Source of the DNA: Nymphaea colorata
Lineage: Eukaryota
Assembly: GCF_008831285.2 (NCBI RefSeq)
Contig: NC_045138.2
Coordinates: 13,330,001-13,394,000 of the forward strand
DNA: 64,000 nt
Direction: 5' to 3'
Shown here: piece by piece, positions 25,961 to 39,618 of the stretch
Layout: the number at the start of each line of letters is the position of its first letter
How positions within the stretch are numbered: the first letter of the stretch is position 1
Notes under the pieces: model-generated
Databases searched by the model: none
Told to the model about the DNA's origin: nothing
What the model saw: the letters and a program-made list of their open reading frames with translations, nothing else
Program-made: the position numbers and the translations under genes

Positions 25961-28676
25961 CTGAACACCAGGCTACCACATCTATTTCTCGTTGAAAACG
26001 AATTGGTTAATGCATATCCAAGAATTTGGGACTTTTATTGATCTACTGTCCCAGTTTTTACCATCAATATTGGGTTGCTGAGTAGTTATTTGTCAGTTCG
26101 ACTGTGTAAACATTTTTATTTTTTATTTTTTGTTAATAATGGGAGGAGGCCTATGCTCTAGCGGCACGGGGAGTCCGTTGGTGGGGGCTTGGATTTAAGC
26201 TGGGTTGAATGTCCGTTGGTGGGGGCCCAGATTTAGGCTGGGTTGGTTCATCTGTTAAAATTTTTTGGGACAGATTGATGAAATACCAACATAATGTTCC
26301 TAATGTCCTGTGAAAGATGTGCCTATCTCCCCCCACACTTACGGACTTGGAGGCAACCAACTTTGGCATGGAGCCAAGGCTATCCCCATAGGACTCCGTT
26401 GGGAAAGACAAGCAGCAGCTCAGGCTGTAGAAGTTGTAGCCAATAACAAATCATCTACGTTCGTTAATTTTTTCCATTTTTGTTGGCAGTGAAAGGAAAG
26501 TTTTCCTTCTTGCTCAGTCAATGAGGCGGCTCTTTGAAACTTAAGTGCATGATAAATTCAATTTTAGAGTCAAGGAGCAATTTCCCTGGTATGGCGCCCT
26601 TTCTGTCATAAGGCATAATTAGTTCTGTTAAAGTCAGGTGGTGATTTGTTGTTTACTAAAAGGTTAAGCAGTTTTTCATGACCCTTTCAGATTGCTTTTT
26701 ATGAGCTTACCACTTGGTTAGAATTTCAAAAATACTCTTAAAGGAAGGCCTTCAGTTAAATGATGAAATATTGGAGCACGCCAAGACTTGTATCTTTCGA
26801 CATTTGTCATTTAACTTAGAAATTACTCTTACTTTTAATAAAGTTCCAGCATTTAATTAGAGGTAAGTTTGTCATTTTACATGCGAATATTTTTTTTATT
26901 CCAATTTTACCCTTACAGGCGTCTTTCATTTTAGTTGAAAGGCCATTTTGGCCATTTCGAGAATATATGAACTGCCGTCTGTGCCTATCAAAAGGACAGA
27001 AATGAGAACTGAAAAGAATTTTTTTTTTGAGGAAAATGCACACTATTGTCAAAATGGTCGAACACGGGCTCCGTGCTGCCCATCTAACTTGGAATTGACA
27101 TCGTAAAATTAGGTTCACTTTCGAAAGTTAACTAATTTTCAGAAAATAAGACACATGAGGCTCATATTTAAGATTGTGATTGAAAGGTGGTCTTCTTTTC
27201 CTTTGAAAATATATTTAATTGTCAGTATGAGATTGTGATGCGGAGGAATCTTGATGACACGGAGGTGAGTATATGTGGGTGCATATGCATCTACACCTGA
27301 AACTTAGAAGAAAAAAATTCCAATTATTCTCCTGTTGAACTCTTGGCCTCTTTCAACATGAAATATTTTAAATGGTTTTGCTCTTCAAGACGCTGACCTT
27401 TTGAACTTACATTGTACTTTTAACAGAGCTTCATTAAAGCATGTTCTTCAGACTTTGTGAACTGAAGGAAGAAACTTTTGAATTCAATATGCATATCAAA
27501 CCATTTAAGAAGTCTCCTTTTTTGAGTTGTAGTTGTAGCCCTGAGGAATTTGGCACACGAACTCGGGCCAGTGCTGATGGGCATTAGACGTTGCGCAAGC
27601 CCGAGGAGGGGGCAAGGTAGCCTTAGAATTTTACACTTTCTAGTCTCTCAACCCTATTTCTTCAAGTCAGAAAATGAAAAAAAAAAAAAGTCTTACCCAT
27701 GCCAAACTCAATCACATAAAATGATTCTTACCTACCTTGATGTCTTAACATACGTCTAATGGGCATCATTTCTTATTTGGGTGTGAAGAAATTGAACCCG
27801 TGACAAAGTTACTGGACAGCATGAAACAATTCCTTGAAGGCCAGAAAAGAATTCAACCTGCAACGCTTGGTCGTTAACTCAATCTTCAATTTGAATTTCC
27901 CCAGAGACACTGTAATCTGAGGAAGTTCTTTCTGTCAAAACTCAAAAGCGTCCAAAAAGTATAGTATGTGTGCAAAACACATTTTTTCGCTAAAAGCAAG
28001 TTAAGTTGTAAATCAATATCTCCATGAGAATCTTTTAAAGAAGTTTCAGTGAATGTCACAACACCATCATTCTCGAGCACACGCCGTGGTTTTGAGTTTT
28101 GTTCACCAAGCTGGTAATGAGAAAACTTTTTCAGGTGTCTTTTTCTTTCTTCTTGGTTTGGCTGGTAATTGGTATTCAAATGGAGGCCAACTTAGTTATT
28201 TAAGAATGTTCACGCTAACTTAATTTTAATTTGATTATTAAGAATCTGGTTTACCATTCGACGCCTGGAATCTGGTGTGACGTTGATCGGCCAAGTGCCG
28301 AATTCAGAAAGAACAAAGAGAGAGAGCGAGAGTGAGAGAGCGCCAATGCACGTGACATTTGTCAAAAAAGAGAGCAAAAAGTGCAGGGGGGGTTGGCTTT
28401 CCCTTGACTCCAGTGCCCGAGTTGGTCGGTGTCCAAAGACACCATCTTTCCTTGGCGAAGGGCCTTCTTTTTCTACTTTTATTGTTATCACTTCCTCTCT
28501 TATTGGAACCCTTCTCCTTTACGAATGCAGGAGCTTGAACCCAAATAAATTTTATTAGATATCTGCTGCTGATGTTATAAGGAACACAATAAAGCGTTAC
28601 AGTTTACCAGTTACCACGTTAAAAGGATAGAGAGAATGCCACAGTTCCTTCAACGCTTTTGTTTTTCCCTTTTCCA

Positions 28677-28697
28677 TCTCTCTCTCTCTCTCTCTCT
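28677..28697 (+). promoter_or_regulatory. (CT)n / GAGA tract near the likely 5' end of the ROS1/DME transcript
   Basis: CT dinucleotide run about 550 bp upstream of the ATG, retained in the duplicate (~45110-45145). Such tracts are typical of plant 5' UTRs and BPC/BBR sites; function is inferred only. Confidence 0.4.
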
Positions 28698-29242
28698 ATT
28701 CCTTTTGTCCCCGTTTGCCGGAGACTTCAGGTTGCTTCAGATTGAACTCATCTCAAATTTCTGCTCCTGCATCGGCGTTGCAGCTACTACACTGTACAAG
28801 GCTTCATTTCTTCTTGACTCTTCTTGATCTTGCAAGTTCTTATGTGAGCAAGGCTTTGTAGATTCTGCATTGCCGCAACCGCATAACTCTCCAAAAGGTC
28901 TCTCCCTCTTTTTTTCTCATAACCTGCATGGTTTTCTACGCGATTTTCCCTGTTGGACCGAGAATTAACTTAATGCATTGCTGTTTTTCGTGTTTGCTAA
29001 CGCCACCCCACCATCACTGCACTTTAGCTCGGTCATTCAGTTTTCTTTTGGGGACAAATGGGTGGACTCTTCCTCCAGTTTTCCGTTTTCCTGTAACCTC
29101 GCCTCTCTCTCTCTCTCACACACACCAGAGAAGGAACGGAAAAGAAGACAAGGAAAATTTTTAAAAACCAACTTCCACATTTCTCATGTGGTAAGAAGAA
29201 AAATACAGAAGCTGCAGAGCAGGAACTCGTTTGAAGAATGCT

Positions 29243-32200
29243 ATGAAATCGAGCAGTTCTGAGAAAGACATTTTCGCTGGGGAAGTTCAGAGGTGTTCTC
29301 CGGATGTGATGGAACTTGGAGGCAGACTGCCCCTTTCAGAAGACAATGGCGTCCGTGGGTTCCCAGGGTTGGACTTCCAGACCGGCTGGGTCCCTTTTCC
29401 TTGCAACACAGGGATCAAAACAACTAGTTCCAGCAAAACTCAAGTAGTGGATGCTCCATTAGCCCCAGTGACACCAGAGAAGACCATAACGAAGGAAAAT
29501 GTATTAGATAGCAGTGCATCCAAACCCATCGGCCTGTGTACCCGCATTGAACACTGCATGAAGGAATGGGTTCATCCACATGACGGTGCAACCCCATCAA
29601 ATGTCCCTTCTGCCGATAGCAAAGATGAGCCAAGCACTGAGCAACACAATAGTAAGCTCCAGGTTGATGATTCTCAACAGAGTCTTACGGAGATACTGGT
29701 GAAGGGAAGCATCGGCACTGAGAAGGCTCTTTCTGATGGCATACACTTGAACAGGACACCACCTCAGAAACCAAAGAGAAAGAAAGTAAGGCCGAAGGTG
29801 GTTAAGGAAGGCATGCCTAGAAAAAGTCCAAACAAGGAGCAGGCAAGCCAGAGACAAGAAGGAACTCCCGTACACGGAAGGCACACGACCACAGGTAGAA
29901 AGAAGCGCAAAGATGCTATAACCACCACCACCTTGGATGTAGAGGAGTCCGTTTGTTTGCCGAATGCTGCTCGCGTTGCTTCTTGCAGACGATCACTGAA
30001 TTTTGATTCTAATGCTGAGGCCTGTAATGATAAATTAGGTTCCATAAGTCAGCATGCTGCTGAAAGAGGAAGGCCTACTGCGGGAAACCCCAGCGAACCT
30101 GCTGTAGTTGATGTTAACGGCTCCTTGAATAATATACTCGCTTCTCATCTTTGCTTCTCTCAGAATTCTTCACCTTCTCTACTCAAGAGAAAAGCTTCAT
30201 CAAGGTGGAACGCAAAGAATATGGCTCGCAAGAAAAACAGTGTAGATAATGGATATATTAGGGAAACGCATCAGGAACATTTTGTGAATAGCCATGAGTC
30301 TGCAGACATGCCACGATGCGGTCTGCAAAATCTTTATGACACCAGCCAGCAGGACGATACAATCATGTCAACTGAATCTCAGAGCAGCATACAGACATCC
30401 ACTACAATCTCGACGGGTCTGGTTCAAGTACAACTCCACACAAAGGGCGGACCATGTTCTATGGATTTACAAGAGCAGCAGAACAGGCACATACAAACAA
30501 GTAGCAATCTCAGACCTCATCCGTTCAAAGAAAGTTTCACGGACAGGGAGACAGAAGCGAGTCCTCAGGAACAGCAATCATATGTAATGTCTAGCACTCC
30601 TGCCCAGAAAGGTTCCGCTTGGGAGGTTGGAAGTGTCACAACAGAAACTAGCAAGAAGGTTGTGATCTCGCGATCAGGTAGGCAGAAAGCAGCAGAACCA
30701 AGCAATCATGTACACAAGGAAACCTCTTTGAAACTGTGCGAGAAGCAGCAAAGTCTCATTACTCAGTGTCATCCAGGGGAAAAGTACTTTAATTTTCAAA
30801 ATGGGCAAGAAGGCAATGATATGCTCGTCAAAATACAAGTGAAGGCAAAAAGAAGTCCAAGGAAAGCACCTATTCATTCTCATCACCCTAGAACTTTCTT
30901 TGCAATTAACCACGGTTTCATGCCACAAAGTTCTATACAAGAAAGAGAAGATGACATTGCCTGCGGTCCCCAAACTTGCCAAGAAGCCCTGCTCTTGGAT
31001 AGACTTGCTCAAAGGATAACCAAGAAGCGCAGAAAAGGGATTTCTCACGCCGTGAAATTTGCATCTTGCACTACTGTAGATAGACCTGAAAATTGCACTC
31101 ACCAAGGCCAAGAGTCCCATGGAGTGTTAAATAGTAATCTTGTAAATCAACATGAAACCATGGCAATAAGAGCCACACATTCGGTTCATGACTGCGGAAG
31201 TAGTAGCAACTTGAAAGAAAATTTAACCCCAATGTTCTCCTCAGAGGTAATCTCATTTATGAAACCTATTGATGAGATTGTCAACAGGCTAAGATCTCTA
31301 CACATTCGTGAAAGGGATGTGAATGCAGCAGCTGTACCTCAAAACGCATTAGTGCCTTATTCTGCAGCCGGAACAATTGTTCCTTATGCTGTAACTTTTA
31401 AACCCTTGAGAAAGAGGCGTCCACGACCAAAAGTGGACTTGGATGAAGAAACGAACATCGCTTGGAAGCTTTTGATGGGAATTGAAAGTGCAGGAATAGA
31501 TGGAACAGATGCCGATAAAGAGAGATGGTGGGGGGAGGAGAGAAGAGTATTTCGAGGACGAGCAGATTCATTTATAGCTCGAATGCACCTCATACAAGGT
31601 ACCAAAAACAGCACTGCTCTCTATCCATCTTTCACTCCTCTCTGTCCATCTTTCATATTAATCTGCCACTCCCGAAAATCCATCCTCAACATGGTCCCGC
31701 AAAAGCTGCTATTTCAGACGATTTCATGATGCTAGTATTCCCTTACATGGCAGGCTTTTACATTGAATTACTGTACCAAGTATACAGGAAGCTTCCGCAT
31801 ACTGCATCACACGTCCAGTTGAATAAGCTGTTAAAGAATTACGGATAATATCACATACACAAACAAATGTTGAAGTTTAGGTGATGAAAAAGATTAAAGT
31901 TGTCCAGTTGTTTTACGCGAATGTGTTCAATTTTTTAAGTTCTATAAAACGACAATAAAATTAATGACAGCTTTTCCAATAAGTTTGATGTCAATAAGGA
32001 ATTGAAGGCAAGGATTAGATGTTATCATAGCACCGTTCCTGAGACATGTCAATCAACAGGACCTTCAAAAATATTGCAGCTTATAGTCCTGTGATTAAGG
32101 ATCAATGGATATAATACACAGTCACACAACAGATTCTACAAAATATAATTGACGGTATTATGACCGTTGGAGGTTGACATGCTTTTTGCAGGTGACAGGC

Positions 32201-35200
32201 GCTTCTCCCAGTGGAAAGGATCTGTCGTGGACTCCATAGTTGGAGTCTTTCTTACACAGAATGTTTCGGACCATCTCTCAAGGTGTGTTGTTGTTGTCGA
32301 AAGGCCAAACTAACAAATTAGAACTCTAACAAAAATGTTATACCATGGCTTCTTCAATGTTTTTGCAGTTCTGCTTTCATGGCACTTGCAGCACGCTTTC
32401 CTCTAAATGAGGAAAGTGGGACTGCAAGACTTGGCAATAAGAAAATCGACACATCTCCTCAAGTGCAACAGTTTTCTACTGGAGATCTAGATGAAAGCGT
32501 GACCAACTTGAATAATTTCCCTTTGAGAAAGAGTCCTGAGCTTGATCACAGTTCTATGAAAGTTGAAGAATCAACCTTTCCGGACACAATTGGCAGAGTG
32601 GAATTTTATGACAGGGATACAACAGGTCGAGAGGAGACGTACACTAAGATCGTGCATACCAATGAATGTGAAACAGGTCAAGACTCACCTGGTAGCAACA
32701 GCAACAAGCACTTCCAATCCATTGTTGACAGCAATATACCACCAACAGCATCTGAGGAGGAGAATTTGCTCTGCTTTTCCGTAATTTCCTCCCAAAATTT
32801 GACTGATTGTACCACTCAGGCTGTTAATCAAATTGGATCAAGTCCAGAGTGTGCTACTCCAGCAGATGAGTTTATGAACAGATATAAAAAAGGCTGTTTT
32901 GAGCGGCGATCATTCTCAGAACTTTTGTGCATGGCAGAATCATCAATGTTCAAAGGTCTATATGCAAACATGAGTCACTGTGGGTCACATGGAGAGCAGT
33001 TTCGGAACGCTTCTGACCAGTTGCTGCATGAAAAGCAAAAAACAAACTTGGATAAGGTAAAAGTTAATAACCTATTTTTTATTACAATATCAAGCAGTCA
33101 TGGTATTATGTGAACTGGAAATCTTCATACAAATTTCTCGATTTGTTCTTAGAACATCTGAAAAACTAATTCCGTAGAAAGACAATGAAATATTTCAAAA
33201 GCTATAGTGCCCTTCAAATAGAAAAAATTATTCAAAACAATTGGAGAATGTTTTGCAGACAGAAAAGAGATCATTGATTTGGCAATTATGAAACGCGGCT
33301 GCGAATATGCAACAACTTTTAACAATTTTCTGATTTTAAAAACTCATATTCACGTGTTGGCATTGATGGTCACTTTCTTTCTTTACATGCACCTAAAGTT
33401 CCTCTTTCCTGCTTCCATTTACATTATTACCTTGAGATTCCTTGCTCATCGGCACACAGTAGCCTTTATATTTTTTCCTTCAGTTTGGCTGCCACTAGTT
33501 CCTACTTATGCAAGATAATCTCTGAAAAGGAAATTAGAATAAAGCATACGGTGCCACCATCCTGGCTCATGCATTGGAGAAGAAAAACGGACACTAACTG
33601 ACGAACAACTAAAATCCTTGCAGGTTTCAGGAGCAGGGCCTTCACTTGAAATAGACAATTGCTCTAAGATAAATGGTGAGAGCAAGACTTCATCAGCCGA
33701 AGCCACATCCTCCGTCACAATCTTTGTACAGGAGGCACATAGAATCAGTTCCCTGGACAAAGCGACAAATACAGATTTACAGTCTAAAAGTTCTCAAGAT
33801 GGGCACTGCTTGATGGTGAAAGGAAGTTTGCATTTTTCCAGCAAAGGGAGGGAAACTGTGGACGTGGATTCATTAGAACAAACAAAACGAGTTGAGAACC
33901 AGAAACCCTTGGAAAGCAAACTTGCGACTGTTTCCAAGGATGAAGCTGTTAAACATAGAAATAAACCAAGAAGAGAAGTCCTCAAATCAAACAAGGGGAA
34001 GGGTGAAGCACTTAGCACAAAGGAGACATGGGAACCCTTAAGAAGACAGCTAATGGAGAAGTTTGGCCTTAAAGAAAGGACTTCTGACAAGAAAGATTCA
34101 TTGGATTGGGAAGCAGTGAGACATGCAGATGTCAGTGAAGTGGCTCAAGCGATCAAAGAAAGAGGAATGAACAACAAGCTAGCTGCAAGAATACAGGTAT
34201 CTGGCTGGTAACCAGATTCCAAGGGTTTGCTTACATCAACATCGTTTAGGCAATATATTAGAATCACCTAAAATCACCCAACGAATTTTTGGATGGAAGA
34301 AAGAGTCTGTTTACATAAAGTGCATATTCTGTTGAATAACATATGCCATAAAAAAGGAGACCTAATTGCTCTAGGTGGCAACAGAATATACCATCTAGAC
34401 TCACGTGCCAAGGTGAGTACAAGTGCCCAGGCCACATTAAAGCATGATAATAAGCACCTAGTGGTGGGCCAATAAATGGCTGTATCAAGTAAGATGATGA
34501 GATGTTTTTTAAAAAGTATGTCAGTAATGGCTCCAAAGCACTAAGTGACCCTTCAATAGTTTTATGCACATTCTTCAAAACCTTGAGATTATTAACTATT
34601 CTAAATAGAAAAAAATACGGGATATGTCTATCAGAGGGAAAAAGATTATTCACATATAATGCCTATCTATGCAGGAATTTCTTAACAGACTGGTTGAAGA
34701 CCATGGCAGCATAGACCTGGAGTGGCTAAGAGATATTCCACCAGATAAAGCAAAGTAAGCAAAATTAATTGACTGTCTATTTATCAGGCAGTCAGAATTA
34801 GTTTTGATCCTCTCCTCACATGCAGGGATTTCTTATTGAGCATAAACGGGTTGGGACTCAAGAGTGTTGAGTGTGTACGCTTATTGTCTCTTCAGCAGCT
34901 TGCATTTCCTGTAAAAGATATCTTACATAACCTACTTAATAGATTCTGATAACATGAGAAGGATAGTGGGTTCTCATATATTTTAACTTTTTTTTTTTAT
35001 CTGCGACCAGGTTGACACAAATGTTGGCCGGATATGCGTGCGACTTGGTTGGGTGCCACTGCAGCCACTTCCAGAATCACTTCAACTTCATCTTCTGGAA
35101 ATGTGAGAAAAAAATTGTCTATGCAACATCCTTATGGTAGAATCTTATTCGAATAGATATACTGGAAACCAATCATTTCTACTTTCTCTTCACATGTTAG

Positions 35201-38200
35201 GTACCCTGTGCTGGAATCCATTCAGAAATATCTGTGGCCAAGGCTGTGCAAACTTGATCAGCGAACACTGTAATTGCAGAATATAATTCTTGGACATACG
35301 TGTTTGTCATGCACAAATGGAAAGAATAATGCATTACTTTTGGAAAAATGGAGTTTTATTCACCATTTATTCCTGGAACATATGTCGCATGGATACATTG
35401 TAGTCCATAGAGGAATAGCACTGCGTTGATATATTTAAATATGAGCAGCATATAATAGAACATGGTACAGGAATGAATTGCAATATCCATGTGACATAGC
35501 CTGGAAACAAAATGCTACTTTTTTACATACCGTCTCTAACCTTAATATGGTAATGCAGGTATGAACTCCATTATCAGCTAATAACCTTTGGCAAGGTAAC
35601 CTTGTGTAACATTCATTCCACATTTCATGCAAATAACAACTGCCTAATAATCTCAGTTAGCATTGCTGTTGCAGGTCTTCTGTACCAAAAGTAAACCAAA
35701 CTGTAATGCGTGCCCCATGAGAGGAGAGTGCAAGCATTTCGCAAGTGCATTTGCAAGGTTAGTGTTAGTGGAATGCAATTATACCCTGTGTCAATGCAAA
35801 ATATTTATGAATACATGCATCCTAAACTGTAACAAGTAACTGCATGGACCTAGGGAATCAAACTATGCAGAACATCCTATAGAAAGAGTTGTCCCGACTG
35901 CATCTGGCACAGCAAAATGTGGCCAACTCGTCATGCAATATGAGATAAAATTCCATGAAGGATAGAAATGAAATCATGCAGAGCGTTAGGTCAGGACATA
36001 CATGAGTTCACTGACTCAAGCTTAAAATCCAAATCATGCTGAACTTATCTTCAGGCATGGACTCATCTAGCTACATTTATAACCCGGTTCTCCATTTGAA
36101 TAGCCAATCAGATTTCTAGCATCAGACTCATCTTTTGCAGTTCAAGAAGTGAAAACTGCAAAAGGACTTCTTAGGCAATGATCAGGCAACAAGTAAGCAA
36201 TACCTCCCCATCCCCCAAACCATATAAAGCATAAATTATTTGACTTCACAGATTCTACATAGCGTGGGCCCATGTTTGTGTTTGAAAACTTGTCAGTAGA
36301 AATGAAACATATAGAGTATAGAAAAACGAGTTTACATTAGCAACAACTTTGGTGTCCCTTTTTTTTCCAAGTCAACAGAAGCATACCATTGGGCAAGCCT
36401 TCACCTGCTATTATCAATATCTGCAGCCACCAAAGAAGGATGTGCATGAACATGTGTAGAATATTGTCTTCATTCAGGAAGTCACGATTCAGAGACATTA
36501 ATAATGCTAATATGTTGTCGCAGTGCAAGGCTTTCCCTTCCAGCACCAGAAGAGAAAAATTCAGTAAGTTCGTCTCTTCCTTTCATGGATAAGCAAGGAA
36601 CACCAAAGGTCTGCATCCATCCAGTAGCATTATCCCTGGGAGTACCTTCAGCAATTGAACGTCCAGTTCTCCAAGAGGACTCTGACATCAGCAAGTGTGA
36701 ACCGATCATTGAAGAACCATCAACACCGGAGCCTGAATGTGTTGAAAGTTCAGAAAGTGTAATTGAAGACTTTAATTGTGATGACCCTGATGAAATTCCC
36801 AGTATTAAACTCAACCTGGAGGAGTTCACTCTGCAAGTGAAAAACTATATCCAAGAGAAGGATATCAAACTCCAAGATGCAGATGTATCAAAAGCTTTGG
36901 TTGCTTTGACACCTATGGCTGCTTCAATTCCAACACCCAAGCTCAAGAACATGAGCAGGCTGCGGACAGAACACCATGTGTAAGTTCGGTGCACTAACAA
37001 AAGAGATTTTACAGCATTTCTCTACATGACTTTCTTTGTCATTCTTCTCTCCTGCAGTTACGAACTTCCAGACAACCACCCTCTTGTAGAAGGGGTGAGC
37101 AAACCACACCGAATACCACCTTCATCTCTTATTTAATAGTTTCATTCTTGAGTTGATGGCCTAACTCATCCAAGTGCTTCCAAAAACTACAGTTGGACAA
37201 AAGAGAATCGGATGACCCATGCTTCTATCTTCTTGCCATATGGAGTCCAGGTTATAACATTTATGTCCATTGGCACTTCCATAATCCACACAGTCCCTTT
37301 TATCACCATAAGCTAATATCTATCTCTATCTGTTACCATATGCATCAGGTGAGACTGCTCAGTCTATTGAACCACCAAAGACGTGCTGTGATTTTCAAGC
37401 TTCAGGTAACCTGTGTGACAAGCAGACATGCTTTTCATGCAATGCTGTTCGTGAGACAACTTCTCAGACAGTTAGAGGCACACTACTGGTGGGTAACAAC
37501 CAATATTTAAGCTACTTGTTCAATAAGATGTACTACTCGACATAGTAGGCTAGCAGCTATACTCTTAATGCTGAAAAAAGATAATGCCCTTTGTTATCTA
37601 ACATACATGGAATAAATTTTCAATTGTACAGATCCCTTGTAGGACTGCTATGAGAGGAAGCTTTCCGCTTAATGGTACTTATTTCCAAGTAAATGAGGTA
37701 AGACACCCAATCCTTTGATAAAGTAAAATGTATGGTAAAGATATTTAGTAGCATCCACAAACCTTTATAGGGAACTGTCGTTTGATCTCATAGAAGAATT
37801 AAAAAACATTTCACGTGGAAATAAATGGGCTTCATAGTTACTTCATGGATGAGCGAGCACAAAAGGAGGCCTTAGACAAGACACAACACAGAGGAATAAG
37901 ACTCTCATCCTTCAACGTCGGCCACTAATTGAATTAAACGAATTACACAGGACAAACAGCTTCACCTTCTCATTTTCCTGATATTATTTAAGTAGTTATG
38001 AGCAGCACAAAGGGACATGTTGGTGCTGCAATATTTCTCCTACAGATATTTGAAGTCTTGTGTAGATTCGGTTCTGCAATACCATCTTACATTACAAAAG
38101 AGGATATCAGGAGGGATCTTGAGACATTTTCAAACATATGATCCCTCACAAATTTTAGAAATTTGTCGTTACATAAAATTAAAATAGATACGAAAAAGGA

Positions 38201-39618
38201 ACACATATAAATCATACAGTTAAAAGCAAAATTTTGTTTTAAAACATGACACTATAACCACGTTAGGATTTAGTAATAATGACATTACAAGAAGGCAAGT
38301 TGTTGCAGATATTGTTCTTGAATGGGTCCTGAGATATAGTATTGTAGTCACAACACATTAAAAAGTGGAGATACCGTATCATAGTGGCTATACATTCAAA
38401 ATAGCAACATTCGTTATGTCTAGAGGGCTGAGCATGTGTGCATCATTATATGCATGCAGCTGCTGTTTTCTTGAAATGTCAATCCTTTTGACTAGAAATA
38501 CCATGGATTTTGAAACCATTTAATAGTCCTGATAGCAGCAATTCACCCTATGCAGGTATTTGCAGATCATGAGTCTAGCTTAAACCCCATTGCTGTACCA
38601 AGAGCACTGATTTGGAATCTGCGAAGGAGGACTGTCTATTTTGGAACGTCGGTAACAACCATTTTTAGAGGTAAAAAAGCATTCAAACAAACTTGCACAT
38701 TAAATATGAATATCACATTTATTGTTTTGTATGATAAGAATCTAACGCCTAATATTGATAAGGTATGACAACCGAAGGAATTCAGCACTGCTTCTGGAGA
38801 GGTACGATGTCTTCTTGCTCAGCATTGGCTAAAGCATAGGTTAAGAGCATTCATGTTACCACTTATAGGCACCAAAATAAAATTTAACTTTAATAGAGGA
38901 GGAAAATGATTGCAAAAAAGACATCTCCTTATACATTCTAGAAGACAAAGTTACTATTAGCTTATGGACGGTAAATTACTAGATATCACAATTGACAACC
39001 ACCCACGTGATTGCAGGTGTAGTCCAGGCACCGGACAACCATCCAATCTGGTCGACTGTCACTTTTATGAGTATATAAATGTCCAATAAACATTTTACAA
39101 GACACCGGACACAAAATAGCATGCTAATCATACGAAAAATAGTTTGAATCAAGGGTAGACGAACCATTGTTTACATGAACAATTTCCTATTAAAAAGTAA
39201 GAAGTAGATGACAGAAAGGCGGTGAATGAAAAAGTTCGTCTTGGTTTTCCAATGAAGACTTAATACTGGATGTTCAGAGGATAGAGGCACAATTTTCTAT
39301 TAGAACGCAAGTTACAGAAAGGGGAATGACAAAGTTCATATTGGTTTTCCAAATCAAGACCTAATGCTGGATATTCAGATGAAAGAGGCTGTTCTTATGT
39401 ATTTCTTGTCTTTCTAAGTCAAATTGCATGTTCATGCTGCAGGTTTTGTCTGCGTTAGAGGATTTGACTTGAAGAAGCGGGCACCACGTCCTCTAGTTGC
39501 CAGGTTTCATTTCCCAGCAAGTAAGCAAACAAGAAACCAAAGAACCACAACAAGAAAATTAGATGAACAAGCAGCATCGGAGAATTTTCCTGACATGTTG
39601 AATAATCAACAAGACTAG
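29243..39618 (+). CDS. ROS1: ROS1/DEMETER-family 5-methylcytosine DNA glycosylase/lyase, intact, ~1746 aa
   Basis: 18 exons sum to 5241 nt in frame: 29243-31598, 32192-32282, 32369-33056, 33624-34196, 34675-34754, 34826-34910, 35011-35102, 35201-35269, 35559-35595, 35675-35757, 36524-36979, 37058-37094, 37193-37250, 37349-37488, 37632-37697, 38556-38670, 38763-38801, 39443-39618. Motifs: domain A (RPKVDLDEET...FRGRADSFIARMHLIQGDRRFSQWKGSVVDSIVGVFLTQNVSDHLSSSAFM); HhH-GPD (GLGLKSVECVRLL...FPVDTNVGRI); Fe-S cluster CTKSKPNCNACPMRGEC; permuted CXXC; C-terminal RRM-fold (IPCRTAMRGSFPLNGTYFQVNEVFADH). ROS1 versus DME assignment and the exact start codon are not resolved. Confidence 0.95.
39231..39389. 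repeat. Diverged ~100-bp-period tandem duplication in the last ROS1/DME intron
   Basis: aaagttcgtcttggttttccaatgaagacttaatactggatgttcagagga versus aaagttcatattggttttccaaatcaagacctaatgctggatattcagatga. Confidence 0.7.

Noticed and set aside
27886..28179. 97-aa minus-strand ORF also present at 44340-44630
   Set aside because: It is shared only because of the recent duplication, starts at a non-ATG codon, is frameshifted near the end in the copy, and has no recognisable domain.
33515..33623. Apparent frameshift suggesting the main ROS1/DME gene is a pseudogene
   Set aside because: A phase-compatible acceptor at 33623 with a branch-like ctaac gives an intact 5241-nt CDS with all catalytic motifs.
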